Shown here piece after piece: positions 62,640 to 64,000 of a stretch of 64,000 nucleotides of DNA. The stretch is taken from positions 616,776,001 to 616,840,000 of the forward strand of contig NC_067400.1 in NCBI RefSeq assembly GCF_016432865.1, in the 5' to 3' direction. The DNA is from Antechinus flavipes. Its lineage: Eukaryota. Below the pieces are notes generated by a model, which had not been told where the DNA came from, searched no databases, and worked only from the letters and a program-made list of their open reading frames with translations. The number at the start of each line of letters is the position of its first letter. The stretch's first letter is position 1. Position numbers and translations under genes: made by a program.

Positions 62640-63030
62640 TATGAATGAGAGGCCAGCCGAGCTCGGGGCTCCTTTATAGCGCGCGGGCACGCCCCCCTTG
62701 CTGACGTCACCTCCTCGCAAAGGGAGCCCTGACCCTCCCCCAAGCCCCGGTCCCGGCTCCGCCGCCTCCCGCCGGCTCGGCCCCGGGGGCCCGGACGCAC
62801 CCGACCTCGGACGGGCTCCGGAGAGCTGGATCGGCCCCTCCAGGACCTGTCCAGGCGCCCCCCAGAGCCCCCTCTCCCTGCCCCCAGCGCGCGCTTTCGG
62901 CCGGGCGGGGGATCCCGCCGCCTGTCCGCGCCCCGCCCCGAGCGGAGTTCCTTTGACGCAATTAGCCATATATGGAGTTCAGCGGCTGGGCTCCGAGTGT
63001 TTGTTTGGTATCCTAGCAATGACGTCAGAG
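62640..63030 (-). promoter_or_regulatory. FOSB immediate-early promoter: TATA, CRE, SRE/CArG box, second CRE
   Basis: TATAAAGG (minus) 62671-62678; TGACGTCA 62702-62709; TGACGCAA next to CCATATATGG 62966-62975; TGACGTCA 63020-63027. Probable TSS near 62646 (ATTCATAAG), giving a ~593-nt 5' UTR. Confidence 0.85.
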
Positions 63031-64000
63031 GGAATCCCTCTCGCTTGCTCTCTCGCTCGCGCCTGCGCAGAGCGGCTCCCCGACTTTTCTCCCCGGGTGC
63101 ACTGCAAGGCTTGTTATTAATAGAAACTTTTACTATCGGCCGCCCGGGGCTTGAAGTGGAAAGCCAGGAGGGATCAAAAGAGCAGCGTGGCGGAGACCGG
63201 GCCGACCAGAGGGAGTCTTAGAGACCCCGTTCCCCTCCAAGGAGTCCAGGAAACCTGGCTGCCGGCCAAATGCCTCCCCCCAAGTCCCCCGCCCACGTCC
63301 CCGACTTCCCCCAGCCTCCCTCACCCCGGCGGGGCTCTACCGAGGGTTCAGCGCGTGTGAGCACGCGAGACATGGGACGACAGCCGGGAGGAGGGCTTTG
63401 AACTTCTATTTATTAGGAGGATTATTTTTAACCAGAGAGCTAGCAAGGGCCTTAGAACGCATCTGGTTCATTTTGCAAACCGTGAAGGGGCGCCCCCGCA
63501 CCCCACTAAAAGCCCACCTTCCCATCCCCCTTGATAGTAGGGCTGCCCTCTGAGGACAGCTCGGAGTTCTCCTGCCAGCGGTTCGTTTGCATGTTGTCTC
63601 CCCCCCTGTGGCCCTTCTGAGCTCCTGGAGAACAGGGCTCATCTTGTACCTTCCTGTCAGCACCCAGGGCCTGGCCCAAACCCGTGTTCCGTTGGCTCCG
63701 TGGAGGGATTAGCCCCAGTGCTGCCTTCGGTTCCCACTTCCCAGCCTCGGGGCCGCCGTTCCTTTGGGTACACCTGAAAAAGTGGGGGAGGCGGGACCCC
63801 CGGGAGGCTCAATGTAGGACTGGGGCCCCTGAATTCCTTCCTGGACCTACCGCAAAAGGGGGGGTGGGCCTGCAAGAGACAGACCTCACCTCTCCTTTCT
63901 CTGTGACCACAGACAGGCCTCTGAGAGCCCCTCATCCACTTTGTGCCTCTGGGACAGTGGGAGTGGAGGGAAGGGTTGAAGGGAGATTCAGTCTCAAGGA

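Overview
GC-rich mammalian genomic window carrying four intact multi-exon genes: OPA3 (+, 2 exons, 168 aa), VASP (-, 13 exons, 380 aa), RTN2 (+; a 10-exon RTN2-B-like form of 459 aa and a short RTN2-C form of 199 aa) and FOSB (-, 4 exons, 334 aa, with a delta-FosB-type internal intron). The order matches the human 19q13.32 block in reverse. The repeats (WSINE1/MAR1-like SINEs, a marsupial-type L1 3' end, OC1-like hAT MITEs) point to a marsupial, probably a dasyurid; this is an inference from remembered consensus sequences. All exon boundaries were read by hand from GT-AG sites and frame continuity. There are four N gaps, no RNA genes and no CRISPR. I found no wholly new gene system. The strongest leads are: VASP has Ala at the PKG phosphosite Ser239; the homologue of human RTN2-A exon 5 has an in-frame stop and looks like a pure RTN2-C promoter; PPM1N is missing from its syntenic slot; OPA3 has only one terminal exon; two OC1-like MITEs are present; a 3.6-kb minisatellite carries a G-quadruplex motif in its repeat unit; and a co-oriented CTCF cluster and two CCAAT arrays are present. 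Comparisons with human sequences and repeat consensuses are from memory and need alignment or RepeatMasker confirmation.
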